64,000 nt of DNA, from sequence record OL770107; one strand, given 5' to 3'. The position numbers and the translations under genes are program-made. The notes below the pieces were generated by a model. That model saw only the letters and a program-made list of their open reading frames with translations, did no database searches and was not told where the DNA came from. Origin of the DNA: Escherichia phage CLB_P2. This document shows positions 59,889 through 64,000 of the stretch, piece after piece; position 1 is the stretch's first letter; each line of letters begins with the position of its first letter.

Positions 59889-59935
59889 GTTTACATACCA
59901 CATGGAATGTGGTAGTATCCTTCCTATCAACTACA
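59889..59935 (+). promoter_or_regulatory. early promoter / stem-loop cassette
   Basis: GTTTAC -35; inverted repeat ccacatgg/ccatgtgg; TAGTAT -10. Confidence 0.5.
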
Positions 59936-59948
59936 TGAGGAAATTATA

Positions 59949-60185
59949 ATGGAAGCTTTAATCGTTAGTGCTGGTGTTTTAGGATTCGGTTCTCTGGTTA
60001 TTATGTTCATTGGTTACTTTTTACCATGGATTCTGGCTCTTCTGCGAGGCACTCGTAGCAATGTCGGAATCTTCTTCCTTAATCTTCTGTTAGGATGGAC
60101 GATGATTGGTTGGGTAGTGGCTTTAATCTGGGCTATCGTCGCCGAACGTAAATCAAACGCACAAATCATTATCGTTAAACAATGA
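59949..60185 (+). CDS. membrane protein, Imm-like by position
   Basis: 78 aa with two transmembrane helices immediately downstream of gene 43 where T4 has imm.1/imm. Confidence 0.4.
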   Translation: MEALIVSAGVLGFGSLVIMFIGYFLPWILALLRGTRSNVGIFFLNLLLGWTMIGWVVALIWAIVAERKSNAQIIIVKQ

Positions 60186-60319
60186 AAATAATTATTTTAT
60201 TTCTTATAATGGCCGCCTTTACCATTTATTGGGCAGTGGCAATTCCACCAATGATTCCAACATTAATCATGGGATGGATTATTCTTATAGCACAAATTAA
60301 GTATAACTGTTTTAATTGA
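60182..60319 (+). CDS. small hydrophobic protein (45 aa)
   Basis: ATGA overlap with the upstream gene; almost entirely hydrophobic. Confidence 0.3.
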   Translation: MKIIILFLIMAAFTIYWAVAIPPMIPTLIMGWIILIAQIKYNCFN

Positions 60320-60326
60320 GGATATT

Positions 60327-60827
60327 ATGAAAAAGTTAATTATCGCAATGAGTATGCTCCTATCAGGTTGCGCGGTCCAATACGGTGATGCGGTTTCGGC
60401 TGATGAAGTTGGTAAAGCTCGTATTGCAGCTGAACAGAAACAATTCGACGGCGAGATGAAATTCCATGCCGGTTCTGGACTTGTGTATACCCGAGCTAAT
60501 AATCAATGTGGTAATAACTGTGCAAAATATGCTCAAAGGGAAATCGAATTCCAACGTGAACAAGAGTCTAAGCGTGAAGCGGTACTAGCCAAACACCAGG
60601 CAGAAATGAAGCGCCAAGATGATTTGTACAAAAAGCAGAAACTGTATGCTATGTGTGTAAACCATATCAATTTACAGATTTCCGTCCACGAGGCTCGTTA
60701 TTACGAAATGCTCGAAACCGAGAGCTTCGATAAGGCTCGTGATTATAAGAAACAAATCAACAAGCTTAAGACCAAAGTGCCTGCTGCAGTAGAACAGTGC
60801 ATGGAATACGGTAAAGATAAGATTTAA
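60327..60827 (+). CDS. lipoprotein
   Basis: Signal peptide with lipobox LLSGC; 166 aa. Confidence 0.5.
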   Translation: MKKLIIAMSMLLSGCAVQYGDAVSADEVGKARIAAEQKQFDGEMKFHAGSGLVYTRANNQCGNNCAKYAQREIEFQREQESKREAVLAKHQAEMKRQDDLYKKQKLYAMCVNHINLQISVHEARYYEMLETESFDKARDYKKQINKLKTKVPAAVEQCMEYGKDKI

Positions 60828-60887
60828 GCAATAGAAATTTATTAAAAATAGTGTATAATGTACCTACATTCACTTGAGGAACAGATA

Positions 60888-62561
60888 ATGAAAAAGGTTG
60901 TTATTTTAGGCGCAGGTCTTGGCTCACGGTTGTATCCAATTACTAACGAAATCCCGAAGGTATTGGTTAACTACAAACAACATACGGTATTAAAGCATTT
61001 GTATGATTTGTATAGTAACCAATCAGATGAAATTATTCTGGTTATCCACAGCAAATTTAACGACCTCGTTAAAGGCTATATTAAATCCATTAACATGATT
61101 ACTGGCGATAAGCCTAAATTCACTATTCGTAACGTTGATGTTGCTAATGGTTCGGCCCATGCTATCGATTGCATTGCCGAAGATATCATTGGCCATAATG
61201 TCTTGTTTAACTGGTGTGACATCATTCCTATCGGTCATAAAGTTGAATGGGGTAACGACTACTGTTATACCTATGGAACCGACTGTCGTTTTACATTTGA
61301 AGAACCATACTTACGTGAAATTGGTACCGGTGGTGGCGTAGTTGGTTTGTATCAGGTAGCCAATTGGACAGGTTTCGACCGTTCTAATTATGGTGAAGAC
61401 CTTGCTGATAACCTGGATTCAATGGTCTATTTGACTGAACGTAAACTGGACTTTGTAGTTGATGTCGGTGACAAATTGAAACTGGCTAAGGCCCATGAAG
61501 AATCTGAAATTAACCGTGAATTTAATAAATTAGAGTTCACCGAGAATCTGGCTATTAAAGTACCAACTAACGAATTAGGTAAAGAAATTCAATCTAAAGA
61601 AATCAATTGGTATAATTCTATTGATTCTGAATTTGTTCCTAGCATTGTGGACTTTTCTCCAGGCGAATTCATTAAAATGGAACGTATCTTTGGTCGTACC
61701 ATGGCAGATGCCTACCGGTTTATGTCCAAAGAAACTAAAGTCCTCATGGTTTATAAGGTCATTAGTGCATTACGTTCATTTGGTGGAACTATTGATAATC
61801 CGTCCGATGAACAATGGTATTCTGATGTTAAGAAAGAAGTATTGGACAAGGTCCTTATTCGTAATGCTTCTATTGCTGGATTGATTGAAGGCTTTGCTCC
61901 ACAAGGCATTACCCACGTTAACGATTTCAAAGTAGGCGACCCTGAAAAACTTCTCCGCCATGCACTAGAAATTCTGTCTGAACATAAAGAACCATACCAA
62001 CTTATTCATGGCGACCCGCACTACAGTAATATTATGCTGTCGGACGAAGGTGATATTAAAATCATCGACCCACGCGGTTATTTCGGTAATAGTTCTAAAG
62101 GCCCTGCGATTTATGATGAAGCTAAGGTGCTTTATTCTATCGATGGCTATGATAAATTTAACTCAGACCCTCTATGGGGTGGATTAACTCGTAACGGAAC
62201 TCGTGTATTCGTCGATATCGAAAAGGTTATGCCTTTAGACGATATCCCTATGTGCACATTTAAGCACAAGCTCTGGATTGCTGTTATTTGGATGGCGCTG
62301 GCAGGTTACTTTAAGAATAACCCTCTGAAAGCTCTGGGTGCTTATTATAATGGTTTGTACCAACTGAGTGTGCTGCTGAAGCGGCATCCTCGTAAGCGTA
62401 AGCTTATTACGGGTGAATTTGTCGATGAAGTTCGTGACCCTATTACGGCTCAAATTATTACTCGTTGTCCTGATAAGTGGGTTTTGCTTGACCAGGAAAC
62501 TGGTGTAAAATATAAACCTACAGGTTCTACTGAACTCCACAAACAATGGAAGAAAATTTAA
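60888..62561 (+). CDS. bifunctional sugar-phosphate nucleotidyltransferase / kinase-like protein
   Basis: N-terminal ILGAGLGSRLYPIT..PKVLV (LicC/RmlA/MurU-type nucleotidyltransferase signature); C-terminal HGDPHYSNIM ... IIDPRGY (APH/choline-kinase-like catalytic motifs). Confidence 0.6.
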   Translation: MKKVVILGAGLGSRLYPITNEIPKVLVNYKQHTVLKHLYDLYSNQSDEIILVIHSKFNDLVKGYIKSINMITGDKPKFTIRNVDVANGSAHAIDCIAEDIIGHNVLFNWCDIIPIGHKVEWGNDYCYTYGTDCRFTFEEPYLREIGTGGGVVGLYQVANWTGFDRSNYGEDLADNLDSMVYLTERKLDFVVDVGDKLKLAKAHEESEINREFNKLEFTENLAIKVPTNELGKEIQSKEINWYNSIDSEFVPSIVDFSPGEFIKMERIFGRTMADAYRFMSKETKVLMVYKVISALRSFGGTIDNPSDEQWYSDVKKEVLDKVLIRNASIAGLIEGFAPQGITHVNDFKVGDPEKLLRHALEILSEHKEPYQLIHGDPHYSNIMLSDEGDIKIIDPRGYFGNSSKGPAIYDEAKVLYSIDGYDKFNSDPLWGGLTRNGTRVFVDIEKVMPLDDIPMCTFKHKLWIAVIWMALAGYFKNNPLKALGAYYNGLYQLSVLLKRHPRKRKLITGEFVDEVRDPITAQIITRCPDKWVLLDQETGVKYKPTGSTELHKQWKKI

Positions 62562-62944
62562 TGTCGCATCGAGTAGAAAATAAGCCACATTTATGTTTTG
62601 ATATCGATAACACAATCACGATTTGGAACCATGACCGTGATTATGAGAACTTTAAACCGGACACCGAAATGGTGTCCATGATTAATAAGCTTTATGATGA
62701 AGGGTACGAGATTACATTGTTCACTGCCCGTGGCATGACTTCATGTGGCCCAGGTCGAATCTTGGTTGAAGTAGTTCCTGCATTGGTTAAGAATCTTGAA
62801 AAAATTGGATTGAAATATCACAATTTGCTTACACACAAGCCGAGTTATACTTTTATCATCGATGACCGAGCAATCCGTCCTGACCACTTTAAAGAATTGG
62901 TTCGTGAAGGAACTCTTGATAGTTATAAGGCCTATCATCCATGA
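62561..62944 (+). CDS. HAD-superfamily phosphatase-like protein
   Basis: FDIDNTIT (HAD motif I DxDxT); TAARG-like motif II; start overlaps upstream stop (TAATG). Confidence 0.5.
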   Translation: MSHRVENKPHLCFDIDNTITIWNHDRDYENFKPDTEMVSMINKLYDEGYEITLFTARGMTSCGPGRILVEVVPALVKNLEKIGLKYHNLLTHKPSYTFIIDDRAIRPDHFKELVREGTLDSYKAYHP

Positions 62945-63477
62945 ATCCAAAAATCATTGTTATAGACGGCCCGGATAATTCCGGGAAGTCCACTTTAATT
63001 AAAAATCTGTTATCCAATAAGAAATACCGCCTTATTGATTTTCCTAAAAAGATTAATGGCAAGTGTATTTCATTAGGAACTGATAACGATAAGGCTTTAG
63101 TTGAAACTCTGTATAAGTTTTTAGACCCTAATTTCGTTTATATCCTTGACCGTGGTTATCCAAGTAATATTGTTTACTCAGGATTCCTTCGTGGTGAAAT
63201 GGACCCTTATGTAGAACTGGAAGATTGGAAAGGGTTTAAATCTGAATTTAACGTTATCGAGGTTATTTTAACTCGTAATCCATTAGACGAAGACTTCGAA
63301 GATGACCTTATTAAATTAACCAAAGATGAGTTCAACCTAACTATCCAGCAATACGAAACATGTTTTGAAAACGTGTTTAAAATCTTAAACCATGACGGCC
63401 ATAATAATTTGCTTAATGTTGATATGGTAGAATTAAAACGTCTGAACGAATATATTGAAAATAAGGTGAATAAATGA
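62941..63477 (+). CDS. P-loop nucleotide kinase (thymidylate-kinase-like)
   Basis: IVIDGPDNSGKSTL Walker A and LDRGYPSNIVYSG (DRY-like motif). Confidence 0.5.
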   Translation: MNPKIIVIDGPDNSGKSTLIKNLLSNKKYRLIDFPKKINGKCISLGTDNDKALVETLYKFLDPNFVYILDRGYPSNIVYSGFLRGEMDPYVELEDWKGFKSEFNVIEVILTRNPLDEDFEDDLIKLTKDEFNLTIQQYETCFENVFKILNHDGHNNLLNVDMVELKRLNEYIENKVNK

Positions 63478-64000
63478 AACACATTACCGCTGTTAGTTTT
63501 GAAAACGCATTTAAACAAATGAACGAAGAAATCCTGGAAGCTCCACAGTTTGCAGTTGATTCTCGTATCGGACGTTGTTATGAAATTGGTTCTGCTTCAG
63601 TAGAAGTACTGGATGCCAGCACCTATAAATTCACCGACCCACGTATCAATCGTATCAGTTATGAATATGCCGAATCCTTTTGGAAATTTATGATTTCTGG
63701 TGGTACTGACGCTGCCGAAGCATTTAAGGAATACCCTAATGTTGCTAAGTTCATTGATAAGCCGAAAAGTGACGTATTGCCTGCAAACTTCAACACTTTC
63801 TATGGACCTCGAATTGTGGCCCAACTCCCAGCCCTACTTAAAGAACTTAAAGAAAAGGCTAACTCGCGAAGAGTTGTGTTCCAGATTCTCCAAGAACAAG
63901 ACCAAGCCCTCCTTGATTCTGACGAATCCTTAGAATATCCGTGCACCGATTCGGTAACATATTATATTCGTGACGGACGTTTGTATGCACATACCCATAT
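63474..64000 (+). CDS. 42: dCMP hydroxymethylase-like (thymidylate synthase fold), 3' truncated by window end
   Basis: Open frame from ATG 63474 to the window end, not in the ORF track; NSRRVV and EYPCTDSVTYYIRDG align with T4 gp42 DSRRGI and FMCTNTVQYLIRD as recalled. Confidence 0.55.
   Translation, partial: MKHITAVSFENAFKQMNEEILEAPQFAVDSRIGRCYEIGSASVEVLDASTYKFTDPRINRISYEYAESFWKFMISGGTDAAEAFKEYPNVAKFIDKPKSDVLPANFNTFYGPRIVAQLPALLKELKEKANSRRVVFQILQEQDQALLDSDESLEYPCTDSVTYYIRDGRLYAHTH

Noticed and set aside
17004-59935. Repeated roughly 45-bp elements considered as a CRISPR array
   Set aside because: Copies are kilobases apart, not regularly spaced, and contain promoter -35/-10 elements and SD leaders; they behave as promoter cassettes.
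63597-63933. Track ORFs 63597-63824 (-) and 63700-63933 (+)
   Set aside because: Both overlap the open frame starting at 63474, which carries thymidylate-synthase-fold motifs matching dCMP hydroxymethylase; that frame is missing from the track only because it lacks a stop within the window.

Overview
This window is a T4-like (T-even, Straboviridae) phage genome segment, read in the orientation opposite to the usual T4 map. Calls rest on reading the translated ORFs against remembered T4 protein sequences and gene order; no database search was run. Positions 39-13356 (minus strand) carry the baseplate module gp11, gp10, gp9, gp8, gp7, gp6, gp5.4, gp5.1, gp5 and gp53, with a GIY-YIG homing endonuclease wedged between gp5.4 and gp6. 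From 13403 everything is on the plus strand: gp4, gp2, gp3, gp1, 57A, 57B (Acb1-like), an internal-protein locus, three tRNAs, a long accessory region punctuated by repeated early-promoter/stem-loop cassettes, nudE, lysozyme e, denV, regB, tk, rI, nrdC, endonuclease VII, gp55, gp47, gp46, gp45, gp44, gp62, regA and DNA polymerase gp43. The most interesting part follows gp43: a lipoprotein, a nucleotidyltransferase-kinase fusion, a HAD-like phosphatase and a thymidylate-kinase-like kinase sit directly upstream of a truncated dCMP-hydroxymethylase-like gene, and the T4 alpha-glucosyltransferase slot between gp55 and gp47 is empty. I read this as a candidate activated-sugar module for an alternative DNA hypermodification. 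Other notable signals are five tandem small paralogues with a shared W-x-SS-x-C C-terminus, a divergent internal-protein repertoire, a macro-domain protein and nucleotidyltransferase-fold proteins.
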